This document shows, piece after piece, positions 26,191-34,595 of a stretch of DNA of 64,000 nucleotides. How positions within the stretch are numbered: the stretch's first letter is position 1; the number at the start of each line of letters is the position of its first letter. Under the pieces are notes generated by a model. It did not search any database. It worked only from the letters and a program-made list of their open reading frames with translations, and was not told where the DNA came from. The position numbers were made by a program, and so were the translations under genes. The stretch comes from Candidatus Anderseniibacteriota bacterium (GTDB lineage: Bacteria > Patescibacteriota > Andersenbacteria > UBA10190). The stretch covers positions 7,916-71,915 of the forward strand of contig JBBDOX010000007.1 in NCBI GenBank assembly GCA_040876835.1. The letters are read 5' to 3'.

Positions 26191-27635
26191 ATGATGTGCT
26201 TTTTTTGTAGCAATAAAGACATGCTCCGCGGATCAAGAGTCCTGACAAAAACCGCAATTGCCACGTATAGCACAGCTAACACACAGAGCCGCACAAGAAT
26301 GTGCCAGGTGTCCGATAGTAACAGGGCAACACCGCCAGATACAGCCGCTATTGCTAGTGAGCTAATAATTACTATAACGGGTACTCGAAAGCGTATTTCC
26401 TTCCACACTAGCCACCCGGCGGTAAGCGTTGCCGCCCCTTCAGTGACTAGCGTTGTCCAGGCAGCCGCTATTGCTCCATACAAAGGAACAAAGATCAGAT
26501 TAGCCGCTACGTTTCCTGCTACCAGTGCCGCATACAGTAAAAGGAGCTGCTTTTGTTTGTGGAGAGATACTAACGCAAAACCAAATATGTTACCGACGAA
26601 CATGAATGCCAGCGCCCCGGCAAGAATTTGGACAATGGGAGCGGCGGCAGCAAACTCAACACCTGATAAAAATATGAGGATATCTGAGGCAAAAATCGCC
26701 AGCGATCCGGCGGCTAAAACTCCAACTATAACCATAAAACGCAGCGCCTGCTCCAGTAAACGCTGCACCACCGAGTAGGCCTGACGAGAGTAGAGCACAG
26801 CCAGCTGTGGTAATAAGAGACCACCGAACATTGCGGGAAAGAAGAGTCCGCTTTCTATAATGCGGTAAGCTAGGCCATACAACCCCACCTCATCCGATGA
26901 ACGAAATAAGGAAATAATTACAATATCAGTTCTGAAGTAGATAACATTAAGAACCAACAGTAAACCTAACGGCCAAGAGGATTTAAGTAATACCCACCAG
27001 CGAGCCGGGGAGACCTGGAAGCGCCAGGGCTGTATTGCTGGCACTAATAGCACATGCACCCCGTACGCAACTACCGCACCAGCTAAGAATGCTCCAGCCA
27101 TATATAGCACTGCCGTGGTCGCAGATACAGACGAGATCGGTACCTGCCTTACAATCAAAAATACAATGCCAAACTGTAATAATCGCCCTATTACATCTCC
27201 AAACGTTGCCTTCCATACCTCTTTGTACTTCTGATATACCCCCATTAGCAGCTGGCTAAACGATTGAGCTACTAGCCCTAGCGCAATGATGACAAACACG
27301 GGAAGCAGGGCACGGTATTGTGGAAGCAGTGTAATAACAACTGCGGCTGTGCCTATCCATGCAACCAGCAAAGCTGCACGCAGAGACGATATTATCCCAA
27401 ACAACTCCTGCTCTTTCTTTTCCTGCTCAGCGATATCGCGAGTCAAAGTGAGATATAGCCCAAAGTCGGCGGCAATCTGTACCATCGTTCCCACCGAAAG
27501 CAGGAGAGCGTATGAGCCATACCCAGCCGCTCCTAAATACCTGGTTACCAGTGCGGTGGTGGCTATACCTAAAACGATCGTACCGATACGGCCAGCACCC
27601 GAAATAAGCGTGTTAGAAAAAATAGATTGCGCCAT
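26187..27635 (-). CDS. Wzx-type polysaccharide/oligosaccharide flippase (MOP superfamily)
   Basis: A 482 aa polytopic protein. The N-terminus is 'MAQSIFSNTLISGAGRIGTIVLGIATTALVTRYLGAAGYGSYALLLS'. Confidence 0.7.
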   Translation of the reverse strand: MAQSIFSNTLISGAGRIGTIVLGIATTALVTRYLGAAGYGSYALLLSVGTMVQIAADFGLYLTLTRDIAEQEKKEQELFGIISSLRAALLVAWIGTAAVVITLLPQYRALLPVFVIIALGLVAQSFSQLLMGVYQKYKEVWKATFGDVIGRLLQFGIVFLIVRQVPISSVSATTAVLYMAGAFLAGAVVAYGVHVLLVPAIQPWRFQVSPARWWVLLKSSWPLGLLLVLNVIYFRTDIVIISLFRSSDEVGLYGLAYRIIESGLFFPAMFGGLLLPQLAVLYSRQAYSVVQRLLEQALRFMVIVGVLAAGSLAIFASDILIFLSGVEFAAAAPIVQILAGALAFMFVGNIFGFALVSLHKQKQLLLLYAALVAGNVAANLIFVPLYGAIAAAWTTLVTEGAATLTAGWLVWKEIRFRVPVIVIISSLAIAAVSGGVALLLSDTWHILVRLCVLAVLYVAIAVFVRTLDPRSMSLLLQKKHII

Positions 27636-27667
27636 GAAAATGGGGCGAGACGTTGCCCCTGTCTGGA

Positions 27668-28210
27668 CTAGAGAAAAACAGGACGAACAACGACTCGCCG
27701 ATTTGGTTCTTCGCCAAGGCTTTCTGTCTGAATATCTTTGTGCCGCGCCAAAGCCGTGTGAACCGAACGTCGGTCAGAAGCAGACATAGGTTGTAGAACA
27801 ACGGTTCTACCCGTTCGCACCGCCTTACGAGCTACTTCTTCAGCCAAGCCCAGCAGACTTCTTTCTCGTCGGGCCCGGTATCCGTTCACATCAACCGATA
27901 CGCGCAATCCAGCAGGAAGCTGCTTGCGCAATACACACCGCATAGTGTGCTGTAAAGCATTTAGGTGAGCTCCTTGAGTACCAATAAGCATTCTGCCGGC
28001 TTCTCCCGCCTCAATAGCAATTTGAAGGGCCTCATCTTCACCATATTGACAGCTAACCTGAACATCTTCGAAGCCCATAATCTCAAGCACTCGGCGGACA
28101 TGCTCAGCAAGCAAAAGCACTGCTGGCTGGTCAAATGTCACGCCCTGCTGAGTGTGCTGTGCGGTTTCCATACTGTGAATGCTACGCAGGATCGACCCAA
28201 ATGGCAACAT
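27668..28210 (-). CDS. jag: Jag/KhpB-like RNA-binding protein (KH plus R3H domains)
   Basis: The R3H motif is 'VVLQPMSASDRRSVHTALARHKDIQTESLGEEPNRRVVVRP'. It sits in the conserved yidC-jag position. Confidence 0.8.
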   Translation of the reverse strand: MLPFGSILRSIHSMETAQHTQQGVTFDQPAVLLLAEHVRRVLEIMGFEDVQVSCQYGEDEALQIAIEAGEAGRMLIGTQGAHLNALQHTMRCVLRKQLPAGLRVSVDVNGYRARRERSLLGLAEEVARKAVRTGRTVVLQPMSASDRRSVHTALARHKDIQTESLGEEPNRRVVVRPVFL

Positions 28211-28237
28211 TTGTGCCCCGGCACTTAAAATTGTGCC

Positions 28238-28996
28238 CTACACAGCCGGCGGATTACCTTCAAGGTGAAGAGTACGCTTGAGAATATATTGCTGTACCAT
28301 TCCGAATATAGTAGAAGTAGCCCAGTACAGCGCCAAAGCTCCAGGTAGTTGGAGGGAAATAAAGATAGTCATTACGGGAAAGATATACATCATATTTTTT
28401 TGCATTGAGGCCATCATTGCTGCCGCGTCTTCGTTTGCCCCCGGTTGGGCGCCGACTGGAGGAGTGGGACTCAACCATTTCATCTGAGTAAACTGCGCTA
28501 CTGCAGCCACGACTCCTAAAAGCAAACTTGGTTCGTCTAAGGCTAATCCAAAAAACATTGTCTGGATGACAGTCGGCTCTGAGACAAAGCCGTACAAAAA
28601 GTGAAATGTATCTGGAGAAAGTCCGGTCAAGAAAACACGGTACAGAGCAATTAGTATAGGAAGTTGAATTAAGAGCGGCAGACAACCACTAGCGGGGTTA
28701 ATGCCTGCCTCCCGGTAAAGGCGCATGGTTTCCTCGGCCTGCTTAGCCTTATCATCTTTGTGTTTTTCCTTGATCTTCACTAGGTCTTTTTTAACTCCAT
28801 CCATTTTCCCCTGATTCGCTCGCATCTGCCGCGCATGATGAAGGGAAGAGGGTAGTAGGACTAAACGAACCAAAAAGGTCACTGCAATGATTGCGAAACC
28901 TATGCTGTGCCCAGGAAGAACATTCGTAATCCCCACCAGCAAGTTAAGCAGGGGGCGGTAGAGAACTTCGGTATAAAGAAAACTAAATGGGTTCAT
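28238..28996 (-). CDS. yidC: Membrane protein insertase YidC (short form)
   Basis: 'GFAIIAVTFLVRLVLLPSSL', 'MRLYREAGINPASGCLPLLIQLPILIALY' and 'ALALYWATSTIFGMVQQYI' are present. Confidence 0.9.
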   Translation of the reverse strand: MNPFSFLYTEVLYRPLLNLLVGITNVLPGHSIGFAIIAVTFLVRLVLLPSSLHHARQMRANQGKMDGVKKDLVKIKEKHKDDKAKQAEETMRLYREAGINPASGCLPLLIQLPILIALYRVFLTGLSPDTFHFLYGFVSEPTVIQTMFFGLALDEPSLLLGVVAAVAQFTQMKWLSPTPPVGAQPGANEDAAAMMASMQKNMMYIFPVMTIFISLQLPGALALYWATSTIFGMVQQYILKRTLHLEGNPPAV

Positions 28997-28999
28997 ATA

Positions 29000-29248
29000 T
29001 TAATGCCTAGGAACAGGATCGTGCCCACCAGCAGCAAAGGGATGACACCTACCGATTCGCTTAACCACCATACCAATTCCACGCCAGCCGTACTGCTCAA
29101 TAGCCTGAGTGGCATACTGTGAGCAAGTAGGTGTAAACCTACACACCGGCCCCAAGGCAGACCGAAGCAGCCCATGGTCAGGGGAAACCGTCTTTTGATA
29201 GATACGAATAACGAAAACAAGAATTGTTACAAAGCGAGAGTGAGTCAT
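29000..29248 (-). CDS. yidD: Membrane protein insertion efficiency factor YidD
   Basis: '[15 protein letters not shown]...[19 protein letters not shown]' is present. Confidence 0.8.
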   Translation of the reverse strand: MTHSRFVTILVFVIRIYQKTVSPDHGLLRSALGPVCRFTPTCSQYATQAIEQYGWRGIGMVVKRIGRCHPFAAGGHDPVPRH

Positions 29249-29255
29249 GTGTCCT

Positions 29256-29582
29256 CTATTGTAGTTTGCTTACGGCTGAGATGATAGCCTGCTTCAAGAT
29301 TGTATAAGATTCAACAGTCTTTGCAGGAGGGAGGGCTACCGCCACAATATCAACCGGGGTCGAAAAAGAAGGAGCCACCTCCCGCAGTATTTCCCGCAGC
29401 TGACGCTGTATTCGATGGCGCTGAACTGCCAACCTGGATACTTTCTTTCCCACAACACAAGCCATGCGCAGGTTCTTACTGGGTTGAATATATATTAAAG
29501 CATAAGGTGTGCGAGCTTTTTTCCCATGCCGGATAACCGCCAGTACATCGTCTTTGTGGCGGAGGCGCCCTATGCGAGCCAT
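29256..29582 (-). CDS. rnpA: RNase P protein component RnpA
   Basis: '[30 protein letters not shown]...[26 protein letters not shown]' is present. Confidence 0.85.
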   Translation of the reverse strand: MARIGRLRHKDDVLAVIRHGKKARTPYALIYIQPSKNLRMACVVGKKVSRLAVQRHRIQRQLREILREVAPSFSTPVDIVAVALPPAKTVESYTILKQAIISAVSKLQ

Positions 29583-29586
29583 ACCT

Positions 29587-29733
29587 TTATTGTACCGGGG
29601 TCAGCCGAGCACGACCCCGCTGTCGACGCCGAGCAAGAACACCTGCGCTCTTCCTTTTTCGAGCCAAAAAACCAAGACGCCGCGCTCTGCGCCGCTTACT
29701 TGGTTGATACGTACGTTTTGTTCTATGGGCCAT
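29587..29733 (-). CDS. rpmH: 50S ribosomal protein L34
   Basis: Hand-translated 48 aa ORF absent from the ORF track: 'MAHRTKRTYQPSKRRRARRLGFLARKRKSAGVLARRRQRGRARLTPVQ'. It lies directly upstream of rnpA. Confidence 0.85.
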   Translation of the reverse strand: MAHRTKRTYQPSKRRRARRLGFLARKRKSAGVLARRRQRGRARLTPVQ

Positions 29734-29824
29734 ACATCAAAAAGCTAATGCAATGCCATTGATGATGCCCTAAAAACACCTTTCCCGTCAAGCGCCTCTC
29801 CTGCCAGTAGTATCTCCCTCTCTT

Positions 29825-29891
29825 TATCAACACCTTATCAACATGTTATCCACATTTTGCACAACCCACCCCGTGCACACTTGTGGATAAC
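29825..29891. promoter_or_regulatory. DnaA-box cluster upstream of dnaA (oriC / dnaA autoregulatory region)
   Basis: TTATCAACA is at 29825-29833 and 29836-29844. An exact TTATCCACA is at 29847-29855, and an exact inverted box TGTGGATAA at 29883-29891. Confidence 0.6.
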
Positions 29892-29950
29892 TATGATATG
29901 ATCACTTGTGCGTTAGGTTTCTGTTTGTATTTAGTGCTCTCACGTACCCC

Positions 29951-31363
29951 ATGAAGACAGATCAGCTATGGAAAGCAGCCTTAGGTCAACTCGAGCTTCG
30001 TGTAAGCCAGGGAAATTTTCTGACGTGGTTTCGCAATACTAAAATCAAGGAGCGCAAAAAACAAACCGTTGTTATTGAAACCGACAACCCCTTTGCATAC
30101 GAGTGGCTATCAAAGAAGTACCGGCCCATTATTTTGGAAGTTCTTCAAAAGATTGATACTTCGGTTACTGGAATTGAGTTTTCAGTTCCGTCCCAAGCTC
30201 ACGGAAAACGGACGGCTCGTAAAAATCTGCGGGTTATTGCCCAAAAACAACGAGTAACTCAACCTCCTGTCGCTTCCGCCCCTCAAGCAGTCTCCATCCA
30301 CACATCTATACCACGAGCATCTTTTGCCTCACACCAATCGCCAATTCCTTTTAACCCTAAAAACACCTTTGAAAATTTTGTTGTTGGGCCAAGTAATGAG
30401 GTAGCCCATGCTGCCTGTCGTGCAGTCGTGGACAACCCAGGGGAAAGCTATAATCCATTATTTGTGTATGGCGGCGTAGGGTTAGGGAAGACCCACTTAT
30501 TACAGGCCGTTGGGAATGCCTTACTTAGTAAAAACCCCAACTTCAGGATCCTCTATGTTGCTTCCGAGAAATTTATGACGGAGTTTGTTGAAGCTCTTCG
30601 GCACAAAAAGATGCATGAATTTAAAAAAACATACCGAGATATTGATATGTTTATCATCGACGACGTCCAGTTTGTGGCCGGAAAAGACAAAATACAGGAA
30701 GAGCTTTTCCATACTTTTAACACCCTCCATAGTCAAAACAAGCAGGTAATACTAAGTAGCGACCGTCCTCCAGGAGCGATTTCTGCCCTCCAGGAGCGTC
30801 TTAGCTCACGCTTAGGGGCAGGGATGGTAGTGGATATTAAAAAACCGGATTACGAAACCCGTCTAGCCATCCTAGAGGAGAAGTTAAGTCGCCGCGGTGC
30901 TAGTATCGATTCTGAAGCCCTTTCTTTCCTTGCAAAAAATATCCAGAGCAACGTTCGAGAGTTAGAAGGAGCTTTAAACCGCGTTATTGGTCACAGCGAG
31001 GTCCATAACGAAAAGATAACTATTGATTTCGTGAAGCGTGTTCTTCACGACTTACTAGAACAGTCACAAAAGAAAACAATAAACACCCGGGAAATTATTG
31101 AAGCAGTGAGTTCGTACTACAACCTACCTCAAGAGGAAATTTGCGGGCAGCGTAGAAATAAAGAAATTGTTCGTCCTCGCCAAATCGCCATGTACCTCCT
31201 CCGCAAAGAAAGCTCAATGTCATTTCCATCAATTGGGGAATTCTTTGGAGGACGAGATCACACCACCGCCATGCACGCCTGTGAGAAGATTGAAAAACTC
31301 CTTGAACATGATGAAGAATTATCCCAGGAAATAAGTTTCTTAAAAGAACGATTGTACGCGTAG
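29951..31363 (+). CDS. dnaA: Chromosomal replication initiator DnaA
   Basis: The N-terminus is 'MKTDQLWKAALGQLE'. Walker A is 'GGVGLGKTHLLQAVGN', with 'IDDVQF'. The C-terminal DNA-binding motif is 'IAMYLLRKESSMSFPSIGEFFGGRDHTTAMHACEKI'. Confidence 0.95.
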   Translation: MKTDQLWKAALGQLELRVSQGNFLTWFRNTKIKERKKQTVVIETDNPFAYEWLSKKYRPIILEVLQKIDTSVTGIEFSVPSQAHGKRTARKNLRVIAQKQRVTQPPVASAPQAVSIHTSIPRASFASHQSPIPFNPKNTFENFVVGPSNEVAHAACRAVVDNPGESYNPLFVYGGVGLGKTHLLQAVGNALLSKNPNFRILYVASEKFMTEFVEALRHKKMHEFKKTYRDIDMFIIDDVQFVAGKDKIQEELFHTFNTLHSQNKQVILSSDRPPGAISALQERLSSRLGAGMVVDIKKPDYETRLAILEEKLSRRGASIDSEALSFLAKNIQSNVRELEGALNRVIGHSEVHNEKITIDFVKRVLHDLLEQSQKKTINTREIIEAVSSYYNLPQEEICGQRRNKEIVRPRQIAMYLLRKESSMSFPSIGEFFGGRDHTTAMHACEKIEKLLEHDEELSQEISFLKERLYA

Positions 31364-31623
31364 TGTGTGGATAGGGTGGGGGAAACCGTGAAAAACCTGT
31401 GCACTACATTACCACTTCTTAACACCCTTACAAGAATACCTAAAACACTGTGTATATACCCCCTACTTATCCTCACAATACCCACACCTCATCCTTATAA
31501 AGCGCACATGTTTTCCACCTTAATATATAACTACATAAGGAGAATAATAGTTAGATATCCCCAAAACATGCCTCACCAACAACTACAACAACAATCTTAT
31601 ATATATTGTTATTACTGTAACGT
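31364..31623. promoter_or_regulatory. dnaA-dnaN intergenic region: candidate DNA-unwinding element / second oriC module
   Basis: A 260 bp AT-rich stretch whose + strand is almost G-free (for example 'ccccctacttatcctcacaatacccacacctcatccttataaagc'). It contains degenerate DnaA boxes ('tgtggatag', 'ttttccacc'). The + strand turns G-rich immediately downstream in dnaN. Confidence 0.4.
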
Positions 31624-32724
31624 ATGAAGTTCACCTGTACACAGGAAAACCTTCTACGAGGATTATCGCGAGTGTCTCCTATTGCCGGGAGGGGTTCGCA
31701 GCTTCCTGTGTTGCAACACGTGTTACTTCAGGGAAAGGGAGGGGCGCTCCACTTAACGGCGACCGACTTAGAGGTGGGGGTACATACGGTTGTTGGTGGA
31801 AAGCTGGATGGGGAGGGCGCGTTTGCTGTGCCGGCGCGTGGGTTATTAGAGTATGTTCAGCAGCTTCCACGGAATAACCCGGTGGTTATAAGTGCTGAAG
31901 GTGGTGGTGTGGTGGTGAAAACTGAGGGATTTCGTGCAAGGTTTTCTAGTAGTGATGCGGAGGAGTTTCCTCTCTTACCTCAAGGTAGTGAAGATGACTC
32001 ATTTGAACTACCGGCAGATGTGCTATGTAACGCTTTAACACGCGTAGTGTTTGCTGCGGCACGTGAGGAGACGCGTCCGGAGATCCGTAGTGTGTTTATT
32101 AAAAGCGATGGAGGGCGCGTATATATTGCGGCAACTGATAGTTTTAGATTAGCAGAAGAAATTATTACCGTTGATAATCTTGAGGAGTTTTCTTTTCTCC
32201 TTCCTTTACCAGCTGCTCAGGAGCTAGCTCGTTTATTTACTGATCAGAAAGTGATCAAAGTATCTCCTCATGACAATCACGTACTGTTTTATGGGGATGA
32301 CATTGAGCTCTCTTCTCGCTTAGTCGATGGTCGATATCCGGATTATCAACAGATTATCCCAACCACTCATACTTCGAGTGTCACTGTAGCTAAGGATGAA
32401 TTAGTTCGCGCTCTTAAGACGCTTACTATTTTTCTTCCTCGCGATTCTCGTCGGGTGGAGTTGGAAGTAGCTCCTAAAACTGGAAAAATAGTGGCTCAAG
32501 TGGTGGGAAGTGAGGCTGGGCAAGGGGATGTGGTGCTTTCGGTGGATGGTGATGGAGAGGATGTCCAGGTGTTGGTGAATATTAACTACATCCTAGAAGG
32601 AGTACAGCATTTTTCGAGCGCGGATTGTGAAATTCAATTTTTAGGAGCGGTTGATCCAATTGTCTTTAGACCCAAGGGTGGTGACCAGTATCTTTATATT
32701 GTTATGCCTATTCAATCTCAATAA
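31624..32724 (+). CDS. dnaN: DNA polymerase III beta sliding clamp
   Basis: 'MKFTCTQENLLRGLSRVSPIAGRGSQLPVLQHVLL' and the three-domain length (366 aa) fit DnaN. Confidence 0.9.
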   Translation: MKFTCTQENLLRGLSRVSPIAGRGSQLPVLQHVLLQGKGGALHLTATDLEVGVHTVVGGKLDGEGAFAVPARGLLEYVQQLPRNNPVVISAEGGGVVVKTEGFRARFSSSDAEEFPLLPQGSEDDSFELPADVLCNALTRVVFAAAREETRPEIRSVFIKSDGGRVYIAATDSFRLAEEIITVDNLEEFSFLLPLPAAQELARLFTDQKVIKVSPHDNHVLFYGDDIELSSRLVDGRYPDYQQIIPTTHTSSVTVAKDELVRALKTLTIFLPRDSRRVELEVAPKTGKIVAQVVGSEAGQGDVVLSVDGDGEDVQVLVNINYILEGVQHFSSADCEIQFLGAVDPIVFRPKGGDQYLYIVMPIQSQ

Positions 32725-33869
32725 TGAATATTCAAGAACTCACAATTCATAATTTTCGTAATATTCGCGGAGCTCGAGAAATTGAATTTCCCCAAGCAAA
32801 CCTCCTTGTTGCAGCTGCGCCAAATGCCACTGGGAAGACGAACTTTCTTGAAGCGTTAATGGTGCTTCTGCGTGGAAAGTCATTCCGCGCTTCCCATGAA
32901 GAGTGTGTGAGTTGGGGTGAGGAGTACTTTTTAGTACGAGGAGTGGTTAGAAATGATGCTGAAATAAAAAACCTAGCAGTGCAGTATCATGTTCCAACTA
33001 AAAAACTGCGAATAGAAGAAGATGGTGAGCCGGTTTCTCCAGTAACGTTTTATAGTCAGTATCCAGTTATTTTGTTTTTACCGGAAGATACTTTTATTTT
33101 CTACCGTGGGCCTGCAGCCCGCAGAAATCTCTTAAACACCACCCTAGTATCGTCGTCTCAGTATTTATCAGCAGTAGTGCAGTATCAGCGGGCTCTGCGT
33201 CAGCGTAATAGTGCGCTCAAGGCAGCGCGAAAACGAGAAGATGTGTTGGTGTGGAGTGATGTTATGGTGGGGTATGCGCAGGAGGTGTGGCAAGGGAGAC
33301 AGGGGTTAATACAGTATCTAAATACTCACGTAAGTGATTTATATAACGCGCTTTTTGGTGAAGAGTATGCGTTTAATATAAAGCTAGTGAGTGGGGCTCC
33401 AGACATTACTACATACGCCACACTTCTAGCTGATTCATGGGAGTATGAACAGCGCTATAAATACACTCTATACGGCCCTCACCGCGACGATGTGGAGATT
33501 ACGGTTGATGGACGGGATGTGGCCTCGGTGTTATCTCGTGGACAAATGAGGAGCTTAGTTATTGCCCTGAAAGTTGCGGCTTTTGGGTATGTCCGTAAGA
33601 CGCTCAGTATTACACCTTTGCTATTATTTGACGAAGTGTTAAGTGAGCTCGATGAGAAGCGTCAGAGAACGCTCCTGACACACCTTCCTGAAGCGCAAAT
33701 CCTTCTTACCTGCACAGCTGTTCCTGACGGAATAAAAAACCAGGAGGGCGCACACGTGCTTGACCTACGAAGTATTATTGGCGAACCCGTGGAAACTGCT
33801 TCTCCTATACCAGAGCGTGTGGTGGTGGCTCAGGAAGAGGGAAGTGAAGTTATAGCTGTGCGCTCATGA
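32724..33869 (+). CDS. recF: DNA replication/repair protein RecF
   Basis: 'IHNFRNIRGAREIEF' and Walker A 'GKTNFLEAL' are present, with the signature 'LSRGQMRSLVIALKVA' and 'LLFDEVLSELD'. The start overlaps the dnaN stop (taATG). Confidence 0.9.
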   Translation: MNIQELTIHNFRNIRGAREIEFPQANLLVAAAPNATGKTNFLEALMVLLRGKSFRASHEECVSWGEEYFLVRGVVRNDAEIKNLAVQYHVPTKKLRIEEDGEPVSPVTFYSQYPVILFLPEDTFIFYRGPAARRNLLNTTLVSSSQYLSAVVQYQRALRQRNSALKAARKREDVLVWSDVMVGYAQEVWQGRQGLIQYLNTHVSDLYNALFGEEYAFNIKLVSGAPDITTYATLLADSWEYEQRYKYTLYGPHRDDVEITVDGRDVASVLSRGQMRSLVIALKVAAFGYVRKTLSITPLLLFDEVLSELDEKRQRTLLTHLPEAQILLTCTAVPDGIKNQEGAHVLDLRSIIGEPVETASPIPERVVVAQEEGSEVIAVRS

Positions 33870-34135
33870 CCCTCGAAGTTCTTTCGACAATTTTTTCTGA
33901 TAAAAAATCTCTCACTTGGCAGGATGAGGACATCCGTTTTTTTGTGGAAAGGCATATTGCTGAGCATATGAAGCAAATTGGAGCGTATTGTCAGGTTGTA
34001 AATGAATCAACGATCACGGTTCGAGTTCCTACTCCCGTGGCGTACCAGGAAGTCTCTTTAGGGATATATGATATACAAGAGGCAATAAAGCACGCATGTG
34101 GGCGTAGTTTTCACACTATTCGCGTAACCTTGTAG
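33866..34135 (+). CDS. DUF721-like small protein (DciA-like?) downstream of recF
   Basis: An 89 aa ORF in the conserved post-recF position: 'SLTWQDEDIRFFVERHIAEHMKQIGAYCQVVNESTITVRVPTPVAYQE'. Assignment is by position and rough pattern only. Confidence 0.45.
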   Translation: MTLEVLSTIFSDKKSLTWQDEDIRFFVERHIAEHMKQIGAYCQVVNESTITVRVPTPVAYQEVSLGIYDIQEAIKHACGRSFHTIRVTL

Positions 34136-34242
34136 GGTGATCGGGCGTGAGATTGCCACCACTGCTCTTGCGGGTGGTGATTTTATATGGTTAACTTTTG
34201 ATAATTTGCGAGTCATCTCGTTCTTTTCAAGGGAGTAGGGTC

Positions 34243-34548
34243 ATGCCGGCTGTGGACCAGGAAGTGTCCGTGGAGGATGTGGTGGAAGTGTTTAGGGGAT
34301 ACCCACCACGTACATCCATGACAGTGGAGGAGGCGTTGCAGGTTGTGTATGACGAGAGACGGACAGTGGAGTCGTACTCCGCTGGACTCACGCTGATCCT
34401 TACGGAAGGAGTCTCGAAAGAACAGCTGATCCACGGGTGCGCTCTTTTGAGGAGCGTGTTGGAGGGGTGGAAGGAGAACACCTCAGAAGAGGAAGACAGA
34501 CGGCGGTATAGCAGAGCCTTGGTCACACTTGAAAAGATGATGACATAA
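34243..34548 (+). CDS. Hypothetical small protein
   Basis: The ATG at 34243 is preceded by 'agggagtagggtc'. The product is about 101 aa and acidic. Confidence 0.4.
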   Translation: MPAVDQEVSVEDVVEVFRGYPPRTSMTVEEALQVVYDERRTVESYSAGLTLILTEGVSKEQLIHGCALLRSVLEGWKENTSEEEDRRRYSRALVTLEKMMT

Positions 34549-34552
34549 GGCT

Positions 34553-34586
34553 CTAACCGGAAACGTGCTCCGGTTTTTCTTTTTCC
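34553..34586. terminator. Rho-independent terminator between convergent genes
   Basis: Stem 'aaccgg'/'ccggtt' with a 9 nt loop, followed by 'tttttctttttc'. Confidence 0.6.
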
Positions 34587-34595
34587 GGACTCGAG

